DNA of 64,000 nt, taken from assembly GCA_965225935.1 (NCBI GenBank), contig CBDDCC010000015.1:85521-149520 (forward strand), written 5' to 3'. The stretch comes from Rhodospirillales bacterium. GTDB taxonomy: Bacteria > Pseudomonadota > Alphaproteobacteria > Kiloniellales > JAKSDN01. The notes under the pieces were generated by a model that ran no database searches, was not told the DNA's origin, and saw only the letters and a list, made by a program, of their open reading frames with translations. Positions 18,438 to 27,700 of this stretch are shown here, in pieces. Both the position numbers and the translations under genes were made by a program. Positions within the stretch are counted from its first letter, which is position 1. Each line of letters begins with the position of its first letter.

Positions 18438-18881
18438 ATGGCCGGATTAGCCAGAGGCTTCACGCTCGTCGAGCTGCTGGTCGTCCTGCTTATCATGGGC
18501 CTGCTGCTGGTCGCCGTGCCCTTCGCCTTCGAGCGGGCGCGCGCCGGGCTATCGGTCCGCTCGGACGCCCAGCAGGTCGCGGCCGTCCTGCGCGAGGCGC
18601 GGGGCCTCGCCATCGGCGAGAACCGGGAGACGGCCGTTGTGGTCGACCTGGACCGGCGGTGGCTCGGACTCGAGGGCGCCAGCGAGGGCTTCGCGTTCTC
18701 GGAAGGCGTCGACGTCACTCTCCAGACGGCCGCCTCGGAGCGCATCGACGAGAACGCGGGCCGGATCCGCTTCTTCCCCAGCGGCGCCTCCACGGGCGGC
18801 CGCCTGATCCTCGACCGGCGGGGCAACAGCTACCGGGTCGAGGTGGACTGGCTGTTCGGCCGTGTCCAGATCGTCGAGTAG
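18438..18881 (+). CDS. gspH: minor pseudopilin GspH
   Basis: MAGLARG|FTLVELLVVLLIMGLL prepilin N-terminus, 147 aa, position after gspG. Confidence 0.8.
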   Translation: MAGLARGFTLVELLVVLLIMGLLLVAVPFAFERARAGLSVRSDAQQVAAVLREARGLAIGENRETAVVVDLDRRWLGLEGASEGFAFSEGVDVTLQTAASERIDENAGRIRFFPSGASTGGRLILDRRGNSYRVEVDWLFGRVQIVE

Positions 18882-19269
18882 CCGGCGGGCCGGCCGTTCC
18901 GGCGGCTTCACGCTGCTGGAGGTCCTGGTCGCCTTCGCCCTGCTGGCGGTCATGCTGGTCGCGCTGCTGCAGGCCTTCACGCAAGGACTCGGCGTCCAGC
19001 ACGCGGCGGAAGAACGCAGCACTGCAGTCCTTGTGGCGCGCTCCAAGCTGGCCGAGGTGGATCGTGTCCTGCCGCTCGAGGAGGGCGAAGAGAGCGGCGA
19101 GCTGGAGGACGGGCTCGCCTGGCGTCTGGTCGTCACCCCGCATGAGGACCCCGACGGGGAGGGCAGCGACGACGAGCTTCTGCGGCTCTACCAGGTGACC
19201 GTGACGGTCGAGCGCGACGGCCGGCCCCTGGCGGAGATCACTAGCCTGCGCCTGGGCGCCGAGCCGTGA
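18862..19269 (+). CDS. gspI: minor pseudopilin GspI
   Basis: GG|FTLLEVLVAFALLAV prepilin site, 135 aa. The GTG start overlaps the gspH 3' end. Confidence 0.75.
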   Translation: MSRSSSSRRAGRSGGFTLLEVLVAFALLAVMLVALLQAFTQGLGVQHAAEERSTAVLVARSKLAEVDRVLPLEEGEESGELEDGLAWRLVVTPHEDPDGEGSDDELLRLYQVTVTVERDGRPLAEITSLRLGAEP

Positions 19270-19925
19270 GTGCGCGCCGCGCCACCTGTCCTGTGCCGGC
19301 AAAGGCGAGAGGCCAGGCCGGCTTCACCCTGATCGAGCTGCTGGTGGCGCTGACCCTCTTCGGGCTGCTGTCGCTGGCCCTCATGGGCGGGCTCGGGTTC
19401 GGCACCCGGGTCTGGGAGAGCGGCCAAGCCCGAAGCGCCGCCTTCGCCGAAACCTCCGCCGTGCATGACTTCCTGCGCGGCCGGCTGGTGCTGGCCCGCC
19501 TGCCGCTGTCGGCCGTGCCGGACGCGGACGAGGGCCTGGCCTTCCTTGGGTCGGCCGAGGCGGTGCGCTTCATCGCGCCGCTGCCGGATTACGTCGGCCT
19601 CGGCGGCCTCTACCGCTTCGAGCTCTCCACAGAGAGGGACTTCGACCGCCGGGACCTGGTCGTGACCTGGCGGCTGCACCGCCCGGACGAGGAGGACCCG
19701 AGCGACGAAGACACTTCGCGCCGCGTCCTTCTGGAAGGGATCGAGGATCTGGAGATTCGCTACTTCGGCGTCGTCGAACCCGACGAGGTGCCAGACTGGT
19801 ACCTGACCTGGGAGGGCGAGAACAGTCTGCCCTTGCTCGTCGAGCTGACGCTCAGCTTCCCGCCGGGCGATCGCCGGACCTGGCCCCGGCTGGCAGCGGC
19901 GCCGATGGCTTCGGCCGAGCCCTGA
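19266..19925 (+). CDS. gspJ: minor pseudopilin GspJ
   Basis: AG|FTLIELLVALTLFGLL prepilin site, 219 aa. The start overlaps the gspI stop. Confidence 0.75.
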   Translation: MSARRATCPVPAKARGQAGFTLIELLVALTLFGLLSLALMGGLGFGTRVWESGQARSAAFAETSAVHDFLRGRLVLARLPLSAVPDADEGLAFLGSAEAVRFIAPLPDYVGLGGLYRFELSTERDFDRRDLVVTWRLHRPDEEDPSDEDTSRRVLLEGIEDLEIRYFGVVEPDEVPDWYLTWEGENSLPLLVELTLSFPPGDRRTWPRLAAAPMASAEP

Positions 19926-19994
19926 ACCCGGTCCGCCCGCGCGCCGTCCATGGAGAGCGAGACCCATGTGGCAGGAAGGCGCTAGACTCACGGG

Positions 19995-21401
19995 ATGACG
20001 GATCTCTCGCGCCGATGCTTCGTGCGGAGCGGCCTGGCCCTGGGCGCGACCGGGCTCGCCTTCACGTCGCTCGCCGCCCGGGCCGGCGGCAGGGGGACTC
20101 TCGTCGCGGACTCGCGCGGCGCAGGGGGCTATGGCCCGCTGTCGCCCAGGGCCGATCTCGCAACCGGCCTGAAGCTGCTCGCGCTGCCCGAGGGCTTCGA
20201 GTACCTGTCCTTCGGCTGGAGCGGGCAGATCATGGACGACGGCCGTCCGACGCCGGCCAATCACGACGGCATGGCGGTCTGTGGCCGACGCGACGGCCTC
20301 GTCGCGCTGGTGCGCAACCACGAGCTGACGGCCGGTGAAGGACCCGGCTGCTTAGTCCCGGACGGCATGTACGACCCGGATGAGATCGGCGGCACAACGA
20401 GCCTGCTGTTCGATCCGGAGCGCGGACGACCGGTCAGGTCCTACACCAGCCTCGGCGGCACCATTCGCAATTGCGCCGGGGGCCGCACGCCCTGGGGCTC
20501 CTGGCTGTCTTGCGAGGAGACCTTCCACGACTGGCGCCATCGGCCCGACCGGCTCAACCACGGCTACCTCTTCGAGGTCCCTGCCTTCGGCATCGCCAGC
20601 GGCCGGCCGGTCCGCGCCGCCGGCCGCTTCCGCCGCGAGGCGGTCGCCGTCGACCCCCGGACCGGCAGCCTCTATCAGACCGAGGACGAGCGCGAGAGCG
20701 CCATCTACAAGTACGTCCCGCCCGGCAGCAGCGGAGACGCGCGCTCGCTGCGCGATGGCGGCAGGCTCCTCGCCATGGTCGTCGACGGCGTGGCGCGCAA
20801 GGATATGTCCGGCGGCTTCGACGTCGGCGACAGCTTCCGGGTCTCCTGGGATGCGGTCGGCGACCCGGAGGCCAGGGCGCGACGCGCCTTCGAGTCCGCG
20901 CCCCATGCCGCCGTCTTCTCCCGCGGCGAGGGCTGCTGGGAGGAGGGGGGCCTCATCTACTTCGTCTCGACCGACGGCGGGGCCGCGAACCTGGGCCAGG
21001 TCTGGGGCTACGACCCGCGCGCCGAGACCCTCTCGTTGCTCTACGAGGCCCGGGACGAGGACGTTCTCGACGGCCCGGACAACCTCACCGTCACACCGCG
21101 CGGCGGCCTCGTTCTGTGCGAGGACGGCGGTTCCAAGCCCAAGCGCCTGGTCGGCCTCACCGCGACGGGCGAGGCCTTCACCTTCGCGGAGAACCGGATC
21201 GAGCTGGAACGCCGCGACATCGAGCTCATCGATGCTGCCTTTCCCGGTGTCGCCGCCAACCTCTGGCACGAGGCCGCGAGCGACTTCAGGGGCGGGGAGT
21301 GGGCCGGCGCCTGCTGCCACGGCGACTGGCTGTTCGCCAACGTCCAGAGGCCGGGCGTCACCTTCGCGATCCGCGGTCCTTGGGCCAGTGGCGGGCTCTG
21401 A
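19995..21401 (+). CDS. PhoX-like (DUF839) secreted phosphatase candidate with Tat signal
   Basis: 468 aa. Leader MTDLSRRCFVRSGLALGATGLAFTSLAARA. Core blocks HDGMAV, GGTIRNCAGGRTPWGSWLSCEETF and PDNLTVTPRGGLVLCEDG resemble the PhoX/DUF839 beta-propeller family. Confidence 0.7.
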   Translation: MTDLSRRCFVRSGLALGATGLAFTSLAARAGGRGTLVADSRGAGGYGPLSPRADLATGLKLLALPEGFEYLSFGWSGQIMDDGRPTPANHDGMAVCGRRDGLVALVRNHELTAGEGPGCLVPDGMYDPDEIGGTTSLLFDPERGRPVRSYTSLGGTIRNCAGGRTPWGSWLSCEETFHDWRHRPDRLNHGYLFEVPAFGIASGRPVRAAGRFRREAVAVDPRTGSLYQTEDERESAIYKYVPPGSSGDARSLRDGGRLLAMVVDGVARKDMSGGFDVGDSFRVSWDAVGDPEARARRAFESAPHAAVFSRGEGCWEEGGLIYFVSTDGGAANLGQVWGYDPRAETLSLLYEARDEDVLDGPDNLTVTPRGGLVLCEDGGSKPKRLVGLTATGEAFTFAENRIELERRDIELIDAAFPGVAANLWHEAASDFRGGEWAGACCHGDWLFANVQRPGVTFAIRGPWASGGL

Positions 21402-21500
21402 CGACGCGCCGGGCGGCCACAGGCCTTTTCCCCTCGACCGGCAAATTCGCTATACTGGTTGTTGTAATTCATCGAAGCGGGTCGACCGAGGAAGGATCCC

Positions 21501-22583
21501 GTGGCCACGCTTGTTGCGGCAACCTCGCGCTTTTTCGGCTGGTGGTTCGGCGAGCTCGGCGGCCTGCTGCCGGCTGGCTGGCGCTCGGCCCTGGGCAGCC
21601 GTCGTCGGCGCCTGGTCATCGCCCTCTCGGGCCACGAGGCCGCCGTCTGGTTCGGCCGCGGCGGCTCCCTGCGGGATCTGGGCGTGCTGCCGCTCGGGCC
21701 GGAACGGAGCGGGGCCGAGCGGAACGCCGCTTCGCTCAGACCCTACGTCGCCCGCGCCGCCGAGGTCGTGCTGCTGCTTCCGGCCAGCGCCGTGCTGCGC
21801 CGCCAGGTCGAGCTGCCGCTGGCGGCCGCGGAGAACCTGCGGGAGGTGCTCGGCTTCGAGATGGACCGCCACACGCCCTTCAAGGCCGAGGAGGTCTATT
21901 TCGACTACCGCCTGGTCGCCAAGGACATGGCCGCCAAGCGTCTCGTCGTGGACCTGGTCGTGGCCACCCGCGGCTCCGTGGACGGCGCCCTGGAGCGCCT
22001 GGCCGCCTGGGGCATCCAGCCGGACCGGCTCGACGTGCAGGGCGGCCGCTCGGCAGGCCAGGAGGCCTTCAATCTCCTGCCGGCCGCCGCGAGCGGCCGC
22101 GAGGACCGGCTGGGAGACCGCCTCTCCTGGGTGCTGGGCCTGACCGCCTGCGCGCTCCTTGCCGTGCTGGCCTATCTGCCGATCCAGCAGAAGGAGGCGC
22201 GCCTGGCCGAGGTGGAAAGCCGTCTCTCCGCCGCCCGCGCCGTCGCCGGCGAGGCCGATCAGTTGAGCCAGCAGGTCGACCGGCTAATCGAGCGCGGCGA
22301 CTACGTGGTGCGGCACAAGCGGCAGGATCCCGTCGTCGCAGAGCTGCTTGCCGAGATCACACGGCTCCTGCCCGACGACACCTGGATCATCCAGATGGGC
22401 TGGCACGGCGACAGGCTGACGCTCGCCGGCTTTTCCGGTAGCTCGTCCGCCCTGATCGCGCTGCTCGAGGAATCGGGCCTGCTGTCGAACGTGCGCTTCA
22501 ACTCCCCGGTCACGGTGGATCGGCGGCTGGAGCTCGAGCGCTTCAATCTTTCGGCCAAGGTGAACGGGAAGGGGACGAGTTGA
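21501..22583 (+). CDS. gspL: type II secretion protein GspL (PilM/PilN-like fusion)
   Basis: 360 aa. GTG start with GAGGAAGGA upstream. Cytoplasmic N-domain, single [21 protein letters not shown], coiled coil, periplasmic PilN-like end. Confidence 0.7.
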   Translation: MATLVAATSRFFGWWFGELGGLLPAGWRSALGSRRRRLVIALSGHEAAVWFGRGGSLRDLGVLPLGPERSGAERNAASLRPYVARAAEVVLLLPASAVLRRQVELPLAAAENLREVLGFEMDRHTPFKAEEVYFDYRLVAKDMAAKRLVVDLVVATRGSVDGALERLAAWGIQPDRLDVQGGRSAGQEAFNLLPAAASGREDRLGDRLSWVLGLTACALLAVLAYLPIQQKEARLAEVESRLSAARAVAGEADQLSQQVDRLIERGDYVVRHKRQDPVVAELLAEITRLLPDDTWIIQMGWHGDRLTLAGFSGSSSALIALLEESGLLSNVRFNSPVTVDRRLELERFNLSAKVNGKGTS

Positions 22584-23164
22584 ACAGGTCGTTGCCGCGC
22601 TGGGTCGCCCGTCTGGCCGCGCTCGCCCTTCTGGTCGGCGTGCTGGGGCTGGGCTATGCCTTCCTGGTGGCGCCCGTGTTCGCGGCCTACCGGACCCTGG
22701 ACGAGGACATCGCGCGCAGCGAGGAGCTACTTCACCGCTACGAGACCCTGGCCGGCACGCGGGCCGCGCACGAGGCGCGCCTCGGCGAGCTGAGCAGCCG
22801 GCAGCGGGGCACGGGCGTCTACCTGAGCGGCGCCGGCGACGCGCTCGCGGCGGCCGAGCTGCAGGAGCGGGCCCGCAAGGCCGTGGTGTCGGAAGGCGCC
22901 GAGCTGCGCAGCATCCAGAACCTGCCGCCGGAATCCGACGGCGAGTTCCGCCGGGTCACCGTGCGCGTCCAGTTCAGCGGAAACCTGGCCGCCTTCCACA
23001 GCATCCTATACCGGCTCGAGGCGGGCCGCCCCTTCGTCTTCGTCGACAATCTGGACCTGCGCAACCGCCGGGCGGCGCGCAGCTCGGCGCGCGAGAACCT
23101 GGACCCCCTCCTCACCGTCCGCTTCGACCTCTCGGGCTACCTCAATCCGGAGACCGCGCCATGA
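22580..23164 (+). CDS. gspM: type II secretion protein GspM
   Basis: 194 aa. TTG start overlapping the gspL stop. N-terminal [25 protein letters not shown] followed by a PilO/GspM-like domain. Confidence 0.65.
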   Translation: MNRSLPRWVARLAALALLVGVLGLGYAFLVAPVFAAYRTLDEDIARSEELLHRYETLAGTRAAHEARLGELSSRQRGTGVYLSGAGDALAAAELQERARKAVVSEGAELRSIQNLPPESDGEFRRVTVRVQFSGNLAAFHSILYRLEAGRPFVFVDNLDLRNRRAARSSARENLDPLLTVRFDLSGYLNPETAP

Positions 23165-23649
23165 GGCGGCGAAGGCGGAAGCTCTGGCTGCCGGGGGCGC
23201 TTCTGCTGCTCTGCCTGGGCCTGGCCTGGCTCGTCTACCAGCAGCTCGCCGCCTCGACCAATCAGGGCGCGCTCGCCCGCGCTCCCGCCGGCCCGGAGTT
23301 GGATCTGGGCGACCTGCCGGCGGCGCCGGAGTTCGTCTTGGACTCGATCGAGAGGTACGATGCGGTGCTGGAGCGTCCGCTCTTCTCGCCGACCCGTAGG
23401 CCGCCGGAGGAGGAGGTCGTCGCCGCCGTCCCGACCAGGATGGAGTTCGACTATGTGCTCAAGGGCGTCCTGATAGACGGCGACAGCCGTATCGCGCTGC
23501 TGCGCGACTATTCGGGCGACCGGGTGCTCCACCTCAGGGAAGGTGAGTCCCTCGACGGCTGGCGCCTCAAGTCGGTGGCCGCCGATCACGTTGTGGTCGA
23601 GCGCGGCGACCGGGAAGAGGCTTTGGAGCTCAGCTTCGAGTTTCAATAA
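23161..23649 (+). CDS. GspC/XpsN-position protein (HR/PilP-like secretin-interacting domain)
   Basis: 162 aa. ATGA overlap with gspM. N-terminal TM, RPLFSPTRRPP motif, C-terminal beta domain YVLKGVLIDGDSRIALLRD...LREGESLDGWRLKSV. Lies directly before the secretin. Confidence 0.6.
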   Translation: MRRRRRKLWLPGALLLLCLGLAWLVYQQLAASTNQGALARAPAGPELDLGDLPAAPEFVLDSIERYDAVLERPLFSPTRRPPEEEVVAAVPTRMEFDYVLKGVLIDGDSRIALLRDYSGDRVLHLREGESLDGWRLKSVAADHVVVERGDREEALELSFEFQ

Positions 23650-23910
23650 CGGGCCAACGGGGGCTTCTGTCTCCAGTGGCAATCCGGAGGAAACGGCGCC
23701 GCACGACGGGCTCGCCCGAAGCGCTACGGCCGGCCTTTGGGCCAGCTTGGCACGCCCTTGATCGCCATTTACCTACCTGGTTAAGTTTTGTTACCTTAGT
23801 TATTGAAATTAAGGGAGTTACGATCACCTTCTTGTGATGTATACTAGCTGCAATGCAAAGAGGGTAGGCTCTACTGGACGGAGCTGTTTAGCGGGGGCTT
23901 CATACTTTTC

Positions 23911-26190
23911 ATGGCTAGGGCAATCGGGATCCGCGGCGGCTGTGCCGCCGGGTCGAGGTTCGCTTGCTCCGCATCCATTTCCGCCCTGCTCGTTCTGGGC
24001 GCGGTCCTGGGCGGATGTCAGAGCAAGGGTTCTCTAGGCCCGGAGCCGGCGGCGACACCCGAAGCCGCGGTTCGGAGCACCGGCGCGCCCACGCCGCTCT
24101 CGGGCGAGGGCACGAGCGCCGGCTGGCAGGCCACCAAGCCCGCCGGCGGGCGCGAGGTCGAAGCCGTCTCCGAGCGTTCCGCCCTGACGCAACCCGAATA
24201 CTACCGGGGCAGCGGCGAGCTGATTTCCCGCCGCGGAGGCATCACCGAGGCGCCCGTGCTGGCCGACGGCCGGGTCAGCCTCAACTTCGCCAACGCCGAT
24301 ATCCGCGAGGTCATCGACGTGGTCCTCGGGAAGACCCTGAACCTCAACTACCTGATCGATCCCAGGGTCCAGGGAACGGTGCTGGCGCGGACCAGCGCGC
24401 CCCTGAAGCGCGAGGACGTCATCCCGGCTCTGGAGAACATCCTGGCGCTGAACGGCGCCGCCCTGAAATACGCCGACGACCTCTACCAGGTGATCCCTCT
24501 GGATGAGGCCAGCCGCAGCCTCTCCCTGCCGCGTTCCACCCTGTCGCCGCGCGAGCGCGGCCTCGGTTTCGCCGTCACGGTGATCCCCCTGGAGTTCGCC
24601 TCGGCCCAGGCGGTCCAGCAGCTCGCGGCGGACCTGGTGCCGCCGGACCGGGTCTTCCTGGCCGATCCTACCCGTAATCTGATCGTCTATGCCGGGACCG
24701 GCGCCGAAGCGGACGTGCTGGTCGACTTCGTTCGCCTCTTCGACGTCGACTGGATGGCGGGCATGTCCTTCGCCCTGTTCCCGGTCCACGCCGCCGACGC
24801 CGGCACCCTGGCAAGCGAGGTGGAGCAGGTCTTCCGGGCGGGCACCGCCGGGCCGCTGCCGGAGGCCGTTCAGTTCCTGCCCATCGAACGCATGAACGCG
24901 ATCCTCGTCATGTCCCCCCAGCAGGCCTACATCGACAGCGCAGGCCGCTGGATCGAACGCCTCGACCGAGGCGAGGGGAGCGTCACCCGGCGGGTCCACG
25001 TCTACTACGTGCAGAACTCGCGGGCCGTCGACCTGGCTGCGATCCTCTCCCAGATCTTCGAGCAGGTCCGCAGCCAGACGTCGGTTTCGGCCTCGGATCT
25101 GCTGGCCCCGGGACTGACCCCGGTCGAGCTCACCAACGTGCAGCAGGAGGCCCAGGCCGCCGTGGCGCAGTCCGGGCTCGCCCCGGGCGAGGTTCCCCAG
25201 GCGGCCGCGCCCTACGCGCCCTCCAGCCGCGGCCGGGATGTTTCCACCACCCTCGGCAGCCTGGTCAGCGAGAGCGGCGATATCCGGATCATTCCCGACG
25301 ATCTCAACAATGCCCTGGTCATTCTGGCCACGGCCGCCGAATACCGCGTCATCGAGGCTGCCCTTGGGCAGCTCGACATCGTGCCGCTCCAGGTTCTGAT
25401 CGAGGCGACGATCGCGGAGGTGACCCTGATCGACACCCTCGAGTACGGTCTCCAGTGGTTCTTCAGCCAGGGCGACTTCGCCGCCACCTTCAGCGACCTG
25501 GACAGCGGGCTCGTGTCCTCGGCCTTCCCGGGCTTCTCCCTGGTGTTCGAGTCGAGCGACGCCCGTGTCATCCTCAACGCGCTCACCAGCATCACGGACG
25601 TCGACGTCATCTCCTCGCCCCAGCTCATGGTGCTCGACAACCAGTCGGCCGTCCTCAACGTCGGCGACCAGGTGCCCATCACCATTCAGACGGCCCAGTC
25701 GGTGGTCGATCCGGAGGCGCCCATCGTCAGCTCGGTCGAGTACCGGGATACCGGCGTCACCCTGGAGATCACGCCGCGGGTCAACGCGAGCGGACTGGTG
25801 GTGCTCGACATCATCCAGGAAGTGAGCGACGCCGTGCAGACGGAGAGCTCCGGCATCGATTCCCCGACCATCCAGCAGCGCCGGGTGGAGAGCGTCGTGG
25901 CCGTGCAGAGCGGCGAGACCGTGGCGCTCGGCGGCCTCATCCGCGACCGACGCACGGACGGCGTCACCGGCATTCCCTTGCTCTCGGAAATCCCGGTCCT
26001 GGGCAACCTGTTCAAGACCACCAACGAGGAGCTGCGCCGTACCGAGCTGCTGGTGCTGATCACGCCCCGGGTGATCGGAAACCTGAGCGAGGCCCGTGCC
26101 GTCACCGACGAGCTGCGCCGGCGCATGACCGGACTGGAGGTCTTGGAACGGCGGCTCCGCCCCGGCCAGGGCTTCCCGGCCTCCCAGTGA
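23911..26190 (+). CDS. gspD: type II secretion secretin GspD with N-terminal lipobox
   Basis: 759 aa. N0 domain NFANADIREVIDVVLGKTLNLNYLIDP. Secretin core VISSPQLMVLDNQSAVLNVGDQVPI...GIPLLSEIPVLGNLF. Lipobox LGG|C at Cys36 (24016-24018). Confidence 0.9.
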   Translation: MARAIGIRGGCAAGSRFACSASISALLVLGAVLGGCQSKGSLGPEPAATPEAAVRSTGAPTPLSGEGTSAGWQATKPAGGREVEAVSERSALTQPEYYRGSGELISRRGGITEAPVLADGRVSLNFANADIREVIDVVLGKTLNLNYLIDPRVQGTVLARTSAPLKREDVIPALENILALNGAALKYADDLYQVIPLDEASRSLSLPRSTLSPRERGLGFAVTVIPLEFASAQAVQQLAADLVPPDRVFLADPTRNLIVYAGTGAEADVLVDFVRLFDVDWMAGMSFALFPVHAADAGTLASEVEQVFRAGTAGPLPEAVQFLPIERMNAILVMSPQQAYIDSAGRWIERLDRGEGSVTRRVHVYYVQNSRAVDLAAILSQIFEQVRSQTSVSASDLLAPGLTPVELTNVQQEAQAAVAQSGLAPGEVPQAAAPYAPSSRGRDVSTTLGSLVSESGDIRIIPDDLNNALVILATAAEYRVIEAALGQLDIVPLQVLIEATIAEVTLIDTLEYGLQWFFSQGDFAATFSDLDSGLVSSAFPGFSLVFESSDARVILNALTSITDVDVISSPQLMVLDNQSAVLNVGDQVPITIQTAQSVVDPEAPIVSSVEYRDTGVTLEITPRVNASGLVVLDIIQEVSDAVQTESSGIDSPTIQQRRVESVVAVQSGETVALGGLIRDRRTDGVTGIPLLSEIPVLGNLFKTTNEELRRTELLVLITPRVIGNLSEARAVTDELRRRMTGLEVLERRLRPGQGFPASQ

Positions 26191-26208
26191 GCCAGGCTCG
26201 CCGCCGGC

Positions 26209-26235
26209 CGCCCGCGGCGGGCTCCGCCGCGGGCG
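26209..26235. terminator. GC-rich hairpin between convergent gspD and the sulfotransferase gene
   Basis: Perfect 12-bp stem CGCCCGCGGCGG (26209-26220) / CCGCCGCGGGCG (26224-26235) with a 3-nt loop. No U-tract. Confidence 0.45.
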
Positions 26236-27573
26236 TCAGAGCGCTTCCAGCAACGGTCCGATAAAGGGCTCGTAGGGCTTCCAGCGGCCGATCGAGCTCT
26301 TGTAGAGGGGCTGGCGCACCTGCCAGCGGCTGGCCGTGGTGACCTCGCGCCGGGTCTTGTGGAAGTCGAGGCAGCGGGCTTCCCACTCGAGGCCGCAGAA
26401 GGCGACGATCTCCCGGCTCGTGGCTTCCGGCTCGCCGACCAAGGTCTCGTAGGACACCTCGAGCAGGGGGAGCGGCAGCACCTCGGCCCAATGGGCCATG
26501 AGCTGCCGGTAGATCCCGTGGAAGAAACCGAGATCGGCCAGGTCGAAGGCATAGGCCTGGGCGGTCTGGAAGTTCTGGAAAAAGCAGGAGAGGCAGCTGT
26601 CCCGCGGGTCGCGCCGGGCGTGGATGATCCGGGCCCGCGGCAGCAGCAGGGCGATCAGCCCCAGGTGCCAGAAGTTGAGAGGCAGCTTGTCGACCAGCCT
26701 GGCCGCCGGGCCTGCGATCCCGTCCATGCGCGCGGCGTAGGCGCGCGCCAGGCCGTCGACGACCTCGCCGGGCATGTCGGCGAGGTTCTCCGGATAGTCC
26801 CGCTCGGCCGGATGATAGTGCCGCAGGCGGCGGCTGATGGCCGGTATGTCGGGCAGCTCGCCACCGCCGCGCACCTGGCTGTGGCTGGCAAGGATCTGCT
26901 CGATCAATGAGGTGCCCGAGCGCGGCATGCCGACGATGAAGACGAAGCGCTCGTCCGCCAGGCCGACATTGGAGCGCCGCGCGAAGAGTTCGCGGGTGAA
27001 GGTCTGCTTCATGGCCTCCATGCCGCGGCTGGCGGCCTCGCGCTTGAAGATCTTGCCCTTGGCCTTGTTGCCGGCGGCGAAGTGATGGAAGGCCCGCTTG
27101 GGTTCGCCCAGGTCGTCCCACAGCTTGCCGCTGGCGAAGTGGAGGAAGACGCGGCTCTCCCGCGACAGGCCGACGGTCTTCAGGCGGGCGGCGATCTGAC
27201 CCAGGATCGGGTCGCCGGGCTTCGGCTTGATGATGGTGGAGAGGTTGTAGAAGGCCTCGTCGTAATCCGGCTTGAGGCGGATGGCCTCCCGGTAGTGCTC
27301 CTCGGCCGCGGCGATGTCGCCCTGATCGCCCAGCAGTGTCGCCAGGTTGTGGTGATAGACCGGGTTGCGCGGGTTGAGGCCGAGGGCCCGGTTGACCTTC
27401 TCGACGCCGGCCGCATGGTCCCGGCGCTCGAAGTCCACCAGGCCCAGCAGATGCCAGGCGTCGGCGCAGTCGGCGTTGGCTTGCAGGATCTCGCCGTAGA
27501 TCGCGGCGGCCCGCGGCCAGTCGCCGCGCTTCTGATGCACCAGAGCCTCGTCTAGTTGCTGCCGTTCGCCCAT
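26236..27573 (-). CDS. TPR-repeat sulfotransferase
   Basis: 445 aa. N-terminal TPR repeats (AWHLLGLVDFERRDHAAGVEKVNRALGLNPRNP...). 5'-PSB-like IVGMPRSGTSLIEQIL and 3'-PB-like IIHARRDPRDSCLS motifs. Confidence 0.8.
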   Translation of the reverse strand: MGERQQLDEALVHQKRGDWPRAAAIYGEILQANADCADAWHLLGLVDFERRDHAAGVEKVNRALGLNPRNPVYHHNLATLLGDQGDIAAAEEHYREAIRLKPDYDEAFYNLSTIIKPKPGDPILGQIAARLKTVGLSRESRVFLHFASGKLWDDLGEPKRAFHHFAAGNKAKGKIFKREAASRGMEAMKQTFTRELFARRSNVGLADERFVFIVGMPRSGTSLIEQILASHSQVRGGGELPDIPAISRRLRHYHPAERDYPENLADMPGEVVDGLARAYAARMDGIAGPAARLVDKLPLNFWHLGLIALLLPRARIIHARRDPRDSCLSCFFQNFQTAQAYAFDLADLGFFHGIYRQLMAHWAEVLPLPLLEVSYETLVGEPEATSREIVAFCGLEWEARCLDFHKTRREVTTASRWQVRQPLYKSSIGRWKPYEPFIGPLLEAL

Positions 27574-27679
27574 GTTGCCGATCCGCGGTTCCGGCCGGGC
27601 GTCCGTGCGCCCGTTATGCCGAAACCATGCCTCACGGGAGTTAGCAGAGAGTTTATATATGTATTACAATATCTTATAT

Positions 27680-27700
27680 TTCGAATCTAAATTCGAATCT
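27680..27700. repeat. tandem TTCGAATCT direct repeat (period 12) in an AT-rich spacer
   Basis: TTCGAATCT occurs at 27680-27688 and 27692-27700, each containing the palindrome TTCGAA. The repeats abut the methyltransferase stop and lie about 110-125 nt upstream of the sulfotransferase ATG. Confidence 0.8.

Noticed and set aside
20380-22441. Two long alternative plus-strand frames (587 and 656 aa) across the PhoX-like gene and gspL
   Set aside because: They are Arg/Pro/Ala/Gly-rich out-of-frame readings of genes that already have recognisable products.
23748-23763. Sigma-54-like TGGCAC...TTGA upstream of gspD
   Set aside because: The spacing between the GG and the downstream element is one base short of the canonical -24/-12 geometry, and the -12 GC is GA. 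No enhancer-binding protein gene is nearby.
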